Source: an uncultured Desulfatitalea sp.
GTDB lineage: Bacteria > Desulfobacterota > Desulfobacteria > Desulfobacterales > Desulfosarcinaceae
Length of the DNA stretch: 64,000 bases
Assembly: GCA_963668675.2 (NCBI GenBank)
Contig: CAXXMB010000002.1
Coordinates: forward strand, 2,432,001-2,496,000
Direction: 5' to 3'
Both the position numbers and the translations under genes were made by a program. Numbering within the stretch: position 1 is the stretch's first letter; every line of letters starts with the position of its first letter. Below the pieces are notes generated by a model, which saw only the letters and a program-made list of their open reading frames with translations, was not told the DNA's origin and searched no databases. Shown one piece after another: positions 48,188 to 56,764 of the stretch.

Positions 48188-51175
48188 ATGATGGAGCTCA
48201 ACGGCGCCAAACGCTTTTCCTTTCAGACATGTCTTGCTTTTGTCGTCCGCCATCCGGTATGGGCTCTGCTGCTCGTTTTTGCGATCACGGGACTCCTGGC
48301 CTGGCAACTGCCCACCCTCTCCTTTAAAACCACCGTCTACGATCTCATTATCGAGGATTTGCCGGAGACGGCTCAGTATAACGATTTCCAGGCGCTTTTC
48401 GGCTCGGATGAGATCATCCGCCTGGTGATCAAAGCAGACAATATTTTCGAGCCGGCAACCTTTACCAAGATCGTGCATCTCTCGGAGGCCGCGGGGCGGA
48501 TCGATGGCGTCCGGCGCATCATAAGCCTGCCGGAGGTGAAAAAGAGCGTCGATATCGGCAGCAACTGGAGCCTCGACGAGTTCATCGCGCTAATAAAGCC
48601 GGTCGAACTGTTCCAGCGCAATTTGATCTCTGCCGATGGCCGCACCACGATTGTCACGCTGGTGCTTGCTCCGGATGCGGACAAGGATGCGGTGATCGCA
48701 TCGGTGGAGCGGTTGATGGCGACCGCCGAGGAGCCGCTGCAACTCTACCAGACCGGAATGCCCCTGGTTTCCCAGGCCCTGGCCAGTTTTACCCATAAGG
48801 ATTTTTTTCATCTCACCCCTGTGACCCTGGCCATCATCGCTCTTCTACTGGTGATTTTCTTCCGCAATGTGCAGTGCTTGATCCTGCCCCTGGCCTGTGT
48901 GCTGCTGTCGATGGTCTGGACCTTCGGGATGATGGCCTGGAGCGGCCGTGCGGTCTCGATGCTCACCACCATCGTGCCGGTCTTTCTCATTGCCGTTGGC
49001 ACGGCCTACTGCCTTCACATCTGCTCCGAATATATGCGCCAGACCCGTACAGCGGAGAATGCCCGTGCAGCCGTGGAGGCCACCTTCGGACGACTCGCCT
49101 TTCCGGTCACGTTGGCGGTGCTCACCACTCTGATCGGCATCGGTTCTCTGGCGGCCAACCATATCACTGCGATTCAGGAGTTCGCCTTTTGCGCCTGCTT
49201 CGGCATGGGCAGCCTCCTGGTGATTTTGCTCACCTTCTTCCCGGCCGCACTGAGTCTGCTTCCTCTGGCCGGTGGCAAAGCGGCCGGTGCATCCATGGTG
49301 GACCGGGCCATCGATCGTCTGTTGGCGTTCATTATCGACCTGAACCTGAAGCACCAGAAGCGGTGCATGATCGTCATCGCGCTGGTTTCGGCGATCTGCA
49401 TCGCCGGACTCTTCGGCGTGCGTGTGGAGACCAATCCGGTCTCCTTCTTCAAACCGGGCACAGAGGTGAGCCGAAATTTTCACGACATCTATCAGCAGAT
49501 GTCAGGCAGTTTTCCCATCCACGTCACCATGGCCGCCAAGACCGAGGCCTACTTCGAGGATCCGGACAACATCAGCCAAATCGTTGAGATGCAGCGCTAC
49601 CTGGACCGGCTGCCGGGCGTGGACAAGAGCATTTCGTTTGCCGACTATCTGATGCTGGTCAACTACGCCTACAACCAATATGATCCTCGGTTCTATGCAC
49701 TTCCAGAAGATCCCTACGAATTGCGAATGCTGATCAACAACTTCAAGATATTGCTGGGCAATGACCTGCTGCAGCGCTTCATCAGCCCTGACTATAGCCA
49801 GGCCAATGTGCTTATGTTGACCCATATCGCCAGCTCAAGCGCCTTTTTGGAGGCCCGGTCGAAGATCGAGGACCATGGCGGCCGGATGTTCGGCAAGGCG
49901 CTGCGCGTCGATGTGACCGGCCTCGGCGTGATCATCGCCGCCAGCAGCCACCTGCTCACCGTCGGGCAGGTGAAGAGCCTGGGCATCTCGCTCTCCCTCA
50001 TCTTCGTGGTGATGGTGGCGCTCTTTCTGTCGGCCAAGGTGGGGTTGATCGCCGTGTTGCCCAATCTTTTTCCCATCCTGGTTAACTTCGGCCTCATGGG
50101 GATCTTCGGCATACCGCTCTCCACGGCCACCAGCCTTATTGCCAGTGTGGCCATCGGCTTGGCGGTGGACGACACCATTCACTACCTGGTGCGCTACAAT
50201 ACCGAGTTCAAAAAGGACATGAACAAAGATCGTGCCCTGCGCGATACGATGCTGGCCGTGGGGCGGCCCATGCTGTTTACTTCCGGAACCATCGGTTTGG
50301 GCTTTTCCGTTCTGATTTTTTCCCACTTCGAGCCCACCGCCACCTTCGGAATCCTGATGATCGTTACCATGATCTCCGCCCTGGTGGCCGATGCCATTTT
50401 ACTGCCCACCCTGATGATGCACGTGGAGCTGGTAACGGCCTGGGATCTGCTCAAGATGATGCCCACGGTAGGAGGCATTCCGCCGAGCATGGTGCACGAA
50501 CTCAATCAGCCGCTCAATGCGATCAAGGTTGGAAGTGATTTTATCAATCGCATGCTGCGCCAGGGCGCACCTCCCAATGCCGATCATCTCATGGCGGTGT
50601 CAAGGGAGATATCCGGGCAGGTGAGGCGTGCCGCACAGATTGTTCAACGGTTGAACGACATGAGCGAGCTGCCGGGCATCGAGAATGGGCCGTTGCATGT
50701 CAACCACCCGATCCGCCGCACCTTGGAGATTCTGGGCAACCAGTTCGAACTGGACGATATAGAGATCCAGTTGGAGCTGGATGAGGTCCTGCCGGCCATC
50801 CATGGGCAGTACAATCAACTGGTGCAGGTTGTCTACAACCTGCTCGACAATGCCCAGGATGCGATTCTGGCCAGAAGAAAAGAGGAAAGCCTCCAGGAGT
50901 GGCCGTGCCACACCATCACCCTGAGCACCTGTCTCCGCAACAACACTGTGTGCATTAGTGTCAGTGATACCGGTACGGGGATTCCCGAACACCATATCGA
51001 CCGCATCTTCGAACCCTTTTTCACCACTAAGCCGGAGACCAAGGGCAAGGGGTTGGGCTTGACCATATGCAAGCAGATCGTTCGTGATTTCGGCGGTCGC
51101 ATCAAGGTGACCAGCATTGCCGGCCAGGGCGCCACCTTTACACTCTCATTTCCGGTGCCCGGGCAGATGGTGTAG
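48188..51175 (+). CDS. MMPL/RND-family membrane transporter fused to a C-terminal histidine kinase (HisKA-HATPase)
   Basis: Two MMPL repeats (LIAVGTAYCLH; AIGLAVDDTIHY) followed by [35 protein letters not shown] and GKGLGL. Confidence 0.85.
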   Translation: MMELNGAKRFSFQTCLAFVVRHPVWALLLVFAITGLLAWQLPTLSFKTTVYDLIIEDLPETAQYNDFQALFGSDEIIRLVIKADNIFEPATFTKIVHLSEAAGRIDGVRRIISLPEVKKSVDIGSNWSLDEFIALIKPVELFQRNLISADGRTTIVTLVLAPDADKDAVIASVERLMATAEEPLQLYQTGMPLVSQALASFTHKDFFHLTPVTLAIIALLLVIFFRNVQCLILPLACVLLSMVWTFGMMAWSGRAVSMLTTIVPVFLIAVGTAYCLHICSEYMRQTRTAENARAAVEATFGRLAFPVTLAVLTTLIGIGSLAANHITAIQEFAFCACFGMGSLLVILLTFFPAALSLLPLAGGKAAGASMVDRAIDRLLAFIIDLNLKHQKRCMIVIALVSAICIAGLFGVRVETNPVSFFKPGTEVSRNFHDIYQQMSGSFPIHVTMAAKTEAYFEDPDNISQIVEMQRYLDRLPGVDKSISFADYLMLVNYAYNQYDPRFYALPEDPYELRMLINNFKILLGNDLLQRFISPDYSQANVLMLTHIASSSAFLEARSKIEDHGGRMFGKALRVDVTGLGVIIAASSHLLTVGQVKSLGISLSLIFVVMVALFLSAKVGLIAVLPNLFPILVNFGLMGIFGIPLSTATSLIASVAIGLAVDDTIHYLVRYNTEFKKDMNKDRALRDTMLAVGRPMLFTSGTIGLGFSVLIFSHFEPTATFGILMIVTMISALVADAILLPTLMMHVELVTAWDLLKMMPTVGGIPPSMVHELNQPLNAIKVGSDFINRMLRQGAPPNADHLMAVSREISGQVRRAAQIVQRLNDMSELPGIENGPLHVNHPIRRTLEILGNQFELDDIEIQLELDEVLPAIHGQYNQLVQVVYNLLDNAQDAILARRKEESLQEWPCHTITLSTCLRNNTVCISVSDTGTGIPEHHIDRIFEPFFTTKPETKGKGLGLTICKQIVRDFGGRIKVTSIAGQGATFTLSFPVPGQMV

Positions 51176-51285
51176 TCTGCAGTAACAAGGCGACTTGCTT
51201 TTTCTTGCCTGTCCGCACTACACTGGACGATAGATCTTGGCGCAATGACCGATACTAAAGGCGCAATGTCTTTACGGGAGGCACC

Positions 51286-52224
51286 ATGCCCAAAACGCTC
51301 TATTGGATACAAGGCGGCAGTTGCGGCGGCGACACCTGGTCCCTGCTCAATGCCGACACCCCCGATCTGGCCGAACTGCTTGATGCCTTCGGTATTGAGC
51401 TGCTCTGGCACCAGGCGTTCAGCTGTTTGACCGATGATGCCTTCGAACGGCTCAATCAACGGATTCTCTCCGGCCTGCAACCCCTGGATATTCTCTGCGT
51501 GGAGGGTTCGGTCATCAACGGGCCCAACGGCACCGGGCGTTTCGACATGCTGCCCCAGGGGCCCAAGCGTGAGATGATCAAAGCCCTGGCCCATAAGGCG
51601 CGCTATGTACTGGCCGTGGGGACATGTGCCAGTTTTGGCGGTATCGGCGCCGATAGTGAGATCATGGCCAGTGGCATGCAGTTCATCAAATGGGAGATGG
51701 GTGGACTGCTGGGCCAGCAATTCGAATCGCCCGGCGGCTATCCGGTGATCAATCTGCCCGGTTGCCCGTGCCACTGCGATGTGCTGGTCGGAACGCTTTC
51801 GGCGGTAGCGGCCGACATGCCCATCACCCTGGGCCACCACAATACACCGTCGGATTGGTATGGCGTTATGGTGCACCAGGGCTGCACGCGCAACGAATAC
51901 CACGAGTACCGGGTGGAGGAGAAGCGCTTCGGCGAGCGTGGCTGCATGTTTTTCTACATGGGCTGCCACGGCCCCCTGGTCACCGGCCCATGCAACAAGG
52001 CCTTGTGGAATCGCCGGTCATCCAAGACCCGCGTGGGCGTCCCCTGCTTCGGCTGCACCCGTCCCGACTTTCCCCAGCAGTATCCCTTTTTTGAAACGCG
52101 CAACATCGAGGGCATTCCCATCGAACTGCCCGACGGGGTGAGCCGGGCCCACTACATGGCCTACAAGGGGATGGCGGCCGCCGCGGCACCGAAACGGCTG
52201 CTCAAGCGCAAAACCGGCATTTAG
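51286..52224 (+). CDS. Cytoplasmic group-2 (sensory-type, HupU/HoxB-like) [NiFe] hydrogenase small subunit
   Basis: No Tat signal. WIQGGSCGGD, GTCA, PGCP, HQGC and WNRRSSKTRVGVPCFGC motifs, plus a C-terminal tail. Confidence 0.85.
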   Translation: MPKTLYWIQGGSCGGDTWSLLNADTPDLAELLDAFGIELLWHQAFSCLTDDAFERLNQRILSGLQPLDILCVEGSVINGPNGTGRFDMLPQGPKREMIKALAHKARYVLAVGTCASFGGIGADSEIMASGMQFIKWEMGGLLGQQFESPGGYPVINLPGCPCHCDVLVGTLSAVAADMPITLGHHNTPSDWYGVMVHQGCTRNEYHEYRVEEKRFGERGCMFFYMGCHGPLVTGPCNKALWNRRSSKTRVGVPCFGCTRPDFPQQYPFFETRNIEGIPIELPDGVSRAHYMAYKGMAAAAAPKRLLKRKTGI

Positions 52225-52279
52225 TTATCTCAGTTGCGTTTCCAACAGCTGGATTGGAGACGCCCATTGGAATGGTTTT

Positions 52280-53794
52280 ATGGCCAATATTTTGAAAAAA
52301 GTGATCCCCCTCAACCGGGTCGAAGGCGATATGGAGATCCATATCGAACTGGACCGAGACAACGTGGTGGTCGAGGCGCGTAGCGTGGGTACAATGTACC
52401 GGGGCATCGAAAACCTCATGACCGGGCGGGGACCTCTGGACGGTCTGGTCATTACACCGAGAATTTGTGGTATCTGCACCACCGCCCATCTCAATGCCGC
52501 AGCCAAGGCCCTTGATATGGCATTCAGCGCCGCGGTTCCCGACAACGCCAGGCGACTGCGCAACGTGACGCTGATGGTCGAGCAGATGCAAAACGATTTG
52601 CGGCATCTCTTTCTACTGTTCATGGTCGATTTTACCGACATGCGTTACACCCAGGCCCCCTGGTATGATCAGGCCCTTCGGCGATATCGGGTGATCAAGG
52701 GGACGACGGCGCTTGAGATCGTCAAAGAGACCAAAAAGATCATAGAGGTGATCGCCATCCTGGGGGGACAGTGGCCACACTCTTCATTTATGGTGCCCGG
52801 GGGGGTGGTGTCGGTGCCCAGCGGGAATGACATTGCCCAATGCCGGCACATTATGCGTGCTTTTCGCCGCTGGTATGAGCGGCGGATTCTGGGATGCTCG
52901 CTCGAGCGGTGGCGAGCGGTGCAGACGTCGGCCGATCTGGATGGCTGGCTTGCTGAGCATGCCAGCCATCAAAGCAGCGAGTTGGGTTTCTTTATCCAAC
53001 TGGCCAGATCGGTGGGATTGGACCGCATGGGGCGGGGACACGATTGCTTTATCAGTTCGGGTGGCGTCGATATGCCGAACCAGACCAACGTTCAAGGGGA
53101 TGGCGTTGGCCGGCAGCTTTTCCCGTCCGGTATTTTTACCCCATCCGGTCTGGCTCGATTCGATCCGCAAAAGATCAGCGAAGAGGTTGCGGCCTCTTTT
53201 TTCAAGGAGGAGGGCAATAGCCGTCACCCTTACGACGGCCGCACCGTTACCGATGCCGATTCCCAGGACCCCGGCAAGTACTCCTGGGCCAAGGCGCCGC
53301 GCTATGATGGCCGCCCGATGGAGACTGGCCCCTTGGCGGATATGCTCGCTGCCGGCGATCCGCTCTTTACCGAGGAGGTACAATCCCGGGGATCGACTGT
53401 TTTTTTAAGGGAGTTGGCCCGAATGGTGAGAGCGACCCATCTGTTACCGGCGGTGGATCAGTGGTTGGTTGAGATGACCGAGTGCGACACTCCGTTCTAC
53501 CAGGAGTATTGGAAGCAGGTATCGGCCCGCGGGCACGGATTCGTGCCCGCTCCCAGAGGGTTTCTGGGGCACTGGCTTGTCATTGCGGATGGGCGTATCG
53601 CCAACTATCAGGTGATCACTCCCACTACCTGGAACGGTTCGCCCCGGGACGGAAACGGTGTGCGCGGGCCTTGGGAGGAGGCGATCGTCGGTTTGCGTGT
53701 GGACGATCCTGCAAACCCCATTGAAGTGGGTCAGGTGGTTCGCTCGTTTGATCCTTGTCTGGTGTGCACCGTTCATGCCGTGCGTTTGGAATAA
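52280..53794 (+). CDS. Group-2 (sensory-type, HupV/HoxC-like) [NiFe] hydrogenase large subunit
   Basis: LNRVEGD, PRICGIC, GQWPHS and DPCLVCTVH followed by only 5 residues. Confidence 0.87.
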   Translation: MANILKKVIPLNRVEGDMEIHIELDRDNVVVEARSVGTMYRGIENLMTGRGPLDGLVITPRICGICTTAHLNAAAKALDMAFSAAVPDNARRLRNVTLMVEQMQNDLRHLFLLFMVDFTDMRYTQAPWYDQALRRYRVIKGTTALEIVKETKKIIEVIAILGGQWPHSSFMVPGGVVSVPSGNDIAQCRHIMRAFRRWYERRILGCSLERWRAVQTSADLDGWLAEHASHQSSELGFFIQLARSVGLDRMGRGHDCFISSGGVDMPNQTNVQGDGVGRQLFPSGIFTPSGLARFDPQKISEEVAASFFKEEGNSRHPYDGRTVTDADSQDPGKYSWAKAPRYDGRPMETGPLADMLAAGDPLFTEEVQSRGSTVFLRELARMVRATHLLPAVDQWLVEMTECDTPFYQEYWKQVSARGHGFVPAPRGFLGHWLVIADGRIANYQVITPTTWNGSPRDGNGVRGPWEEAIVGLRVDDPANPIEVGQVVRSFDPCLVCTVHAVRLE

Positions 53795-53804
53795 GCGACA
53801 TCGC

Positions 53805-55958
53805 ATGACCAACTCTAACGTTTATATGCCCATGCCAACCCTATCACAAACCAAACCGTATGATGAGTGCTGCAGCTACCTATGGCCAAACAGGTGTCTA
53901 GAGTGCAGGGACCGGGAGCACTGCCCAATAGAGAGGCTGGTCATCGAGAATGAGTTGCTCAAAGAGGAGATCCGCGTATCACGTGAGTCGGCTGAGATCA
54001 CTGCAAGCCTGGTGGTCAAGCAGTTCGAAGAGACCGAGCGCGTGCTGCGCCGTTTTCAGGTGGCCAATGCCCAGCGAAAAGCGGTTCTCGATTCGGCTGC
54101 CCAAATGGCCATTATTGCCACCGACCGGACCGGGACGATTATCGTTTTTAACAAAGGCGCCGAGAATGTGCTCGGTTACTATTCAGCCGAGGTGATCGGT
54201 CAATTGACTCCCCTGGTGTTCCATGCGCCGGATGAGCTGCAGGCCAAGGCGGAAGCGCTAAGCAGCGCGATGGGACATCGTATCGATGGCATTGATCTCT
54301 TTTTCCATTACGCCCTCCACGGTCAGCGCGAACAGCAGGAGTGGACCTATGTGCACAAGGATGGGCAGCGGTTCCCGGTGACCCTTTCGATCAACCCCCT
54401 GCGGGATGCCGAAGGTGCGCTGAATGGTTTTTTGTGCCTTGCAGCCGACATCACGGAGAAGAAGCGCTCGGAAAAGGCACTGCAGGAGAGCGAAAGGAAC
54501 TACCGGCTGCTCATCGACAATATTCCCAATATCGTTTTCAAGGGGTATGACGACGGCAGCATCGATTTCTTCGACGACAAGATCGAAAAGTTGACCGGTT
54601 ATCCCAAAGAGATGTTTCTCTCCCGGGAGTTGCGCTGGACAGACCTGATCCTTGAAGAGGACCGCGATGCCGCAAGGAAAAGCTTCATCAACGCCATGCG
54701 GGGCAACCACCAGTTCATCCGTGAATATCGCGTCCGCAAACGCGATGGTGATGCGGTCTGGCTGCAGGCCAGCAGCCAGATCGTATATGACGAAGAGGGG
54801 CGCATCGATTTCATCAGCGGCGCCATTTTGGACATATCCGTGCGTAAAATGGCCGAGGCCGCCCTGCACGACTCGGAAGAGAAGTACCGCAGCCTTTTCG
54901 ACAGCGGACCCAATCCCATTTTTGTGCTCGACCCGACCACCTTGCAGATCCTGGATGTCAATCCGGCCACTTTGGACACGTACGGTTATGAGAAGAAGGA
55001 GTTGCTGGGGCGCTACTTCACCGAACTGGGCGAATTTGAGATCCGCGAACAGGGTCTGACCCTGGATGCCGCGATTCAGTGGCCCCATGGCTGCTTTATC
55101 AATCAGAAAGCGCGCCATTTGAAGAAGGACGGCACCCCCTTTTACATTCGTGTGAAAACTTGCCCTATTAAATACCAGGACCGCCAGGCGTTGATTCTGG
55201 CGGCCACGGACATCACCGAGTCCATCGAAAAGGACGCCCAACTCTTTCAGACCAGCAAGATGAAGACATTGGGTGAGATGTCGGCCGGCATGGCCCACGA
55301 ATTGACCCAGCCGCTCAATGCCATCAAGATCGGCAGCGACTATCTGAGGCGCAAGATGCAGCAAGGCGAGGAGGTAACCGATTTTGATCTGGAGCGTGTG
55401 GCCGCAGCGATCACCAGTCAGGTACAGCGTGCGTCGGAGATTATCCATCGGTTGCGGGAATTCGGCCGCAAACCCGATTTTGCAAAGGCCCCGGTCAATC
55501 TCAACCAGGTGATCGCCAATGTGCTGCAGATCATCGGTCAGCAACTGATACTGAACAATATTCGCATCCAGTGCAATCTGGCCGACGGGCTGCCCGATAT
55601 CCTGGCCAATGGCAACCGGCTCGAGCAGGTCTTTTTCAACCTGTTGAGCAACGCCCGCGACGCCATCGAACAGCTTCCGGGCGATGCCACCGACAGCGAG
55701 GCGCGCAAGATCATCGTCGAAACCTATGTGGATGGCAAGGACGTGTTGTGTGCCGTGGCTGACTCCGGCATCGGCGTCGCAGAAGAGACCAAGGAGAAAA
55801 TTTTCGAGCCTTTCTTTACCACCAAGGAGGTGGGTAAAGGGATGGGGTTGGGGCTGGCCATCACCTATGGGATTGTGCGCGATTACGGTGGAGATATTGT
55901 CGTTAAGAGCAGACCGGGGTTGGGAACGCGGTTTGAGCTTCGTTTTGCAAAAACGTAA
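53805..55958 (+). CDS. Cytoplasmic multi-PAS sensor histidine kinase
   Basis: Three PAS/PAC-type segments (DITEKK, DISVRK, DITES), H-box [10 protein letters not shown] and N/G/F boxes, plus a Cys-rich N-terminus. Confidence 0.88.
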   Translation: MTNSNVYMPMPTLSQTKPYDECCSYLWPNRCLECRDREHCPIERLVIENELLKEEIRVSRESAEITASLVVKQFEETERVLRRFQVANAQRKAVLDSAAQMAIIATDRTGTIIVFNKGAENVLGYYSAEVIGQLTPLVFHAPDELQAKAEALSSAMGHRIDGIDLFFHYALHGQREQQEWTYVHKDGQRFPVTLSINPLRDAEGALNGFLCLAADITEKKRSEKALQESERNYRLLIDNIPNIVFKGYDDGSIDFFDDKIEKLTGYPKEMFLSRELRWTDLILEEDRDAARKSFINAMRGNHQFIREYRVRKRDGDAVWLQASSQIVYDEEGRIDFISGAILDISVRKMAEAALHDSEEKYRSLFDSGPNPIFVLDPTTLQILDVNPATLDTYGYEKKELLGRYFTELGEFEIREQGLTLDAAIQWPHGCFINQKARHLKKDGTPFYIRVKTCPIKYQDRQALILAATDITESIEKDAQLFQTSKMKTLGEMSAGMAHELTQPLNAIKIGSDYLRRKMQQGEEVTDFDLERVAAAITSQVQRASEIIHRLREFGRKPDFAKAPVNLNQVIANVLQIIGQQLILNNIRIQCNLADGLPDILANGNRLEQVFFNLLSNARDAIEQLPGDATDSEARKIIVETYVDGKDVLCAVADSGIGVAEETKEKIFEPFFTTKEVGKGMGLGLAITYGIVRDYGGDIVVKSRPGLGTRFELRFAKT

Positions 55959-55987
55959 GCATTGAATTGCTGGAGAGCTTGAAGTGT

Positions 55988-56359
55988 TAACTCAACTTTC
56001 GGTGGAATGATCCGGCGAGTCCAGCGGGTGGTTTGCACTTCACTCAAATGAATGTAAGTGCCTCTAAGCTTTGCTCTGGGCGGCCCGGAAACTCGCGTGC
56101 GCTCAAACAGTCCGGGCCGCTGATCCTCCGTTGCAGCTAAGAGGCTCTATCATTCAATGCGAATGAGGTGTAAACCACCCACTGGACTCGCCTCCAGATG
56201 TTTATATTGAGAAATCCGTAATTTCTGTCTGCCGTTTTGAGCAGAGGATTTCTCTCTATTTTAGTGCGACAAATTGGCTGAAGTGGGGTATGCTGAAAAT
56301 TCGAAAATTTATACAAGCGGATACTTGGTAATCTATTGAAAAACCAGCAGAGAGTTAAG
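55988..56359. repeat. TAACTCAACTTTC...GAGTTAA element containing the long-stem palindrome (copy B, 56014-56192)
   Basis: Same core as 47031-47210. Ends are shared with 38980-39257. Confidence 0.78.
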
Positions 56360-56364
56360 GTATA

Positions 56365-56757
56365 ATGACCAAGATTCTTATTATCGACGATGAACAGCCG
56401 ACCTTGCAGATGCTCAGTCTTTTTCTGGAGGCTTGCGGCTACGAGGTGCTGACCGCCGAGAATGAGACCAAGGGTCTGGAGACATTTTCGCGGGAGCTTC
56501 CGCCGATTGTGCTGACCGATATCAAGATGCCCGGCAAGGACGGGTTCGAGGTGTTGCGAAAGGTCAAGGCCATTGCCCCCCAAACCGATGTGATCGTCAT
56601 CACCGGCCATGGCGACAAGGATCTGGCGCGGCAGGCGTTGGATCTGGATGCCAGCGCCTTCTTCAACAAACCCCTGGATACGGAGGCCTTGGAGAAGGCC
56701 ATTGGTGAGATCCAGGCGCGTCTGGTCGACGGCGGCCGAACCACAGAGTCCACCTGA
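56365..56757 (+). CDS. Single-domain response regulator (receiver only)
   Basis: IIDDE, TDIKMPGKDG, ITGHG and NKP motifs. Confidence 0.9.
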   Translation: MTKILIIDDEQPTLQMLSLFLEACGYEVLTAENETKGLETFSRELPPIVLTDIKMPGKDGFEVLRKVKAIAPQTDVIVITGHGDKDLARQALDLDASAFFNKPLDTEALEKAIGEIQARLVDGGRTTEST

Positions 56758-56764
56758 TCAACCA

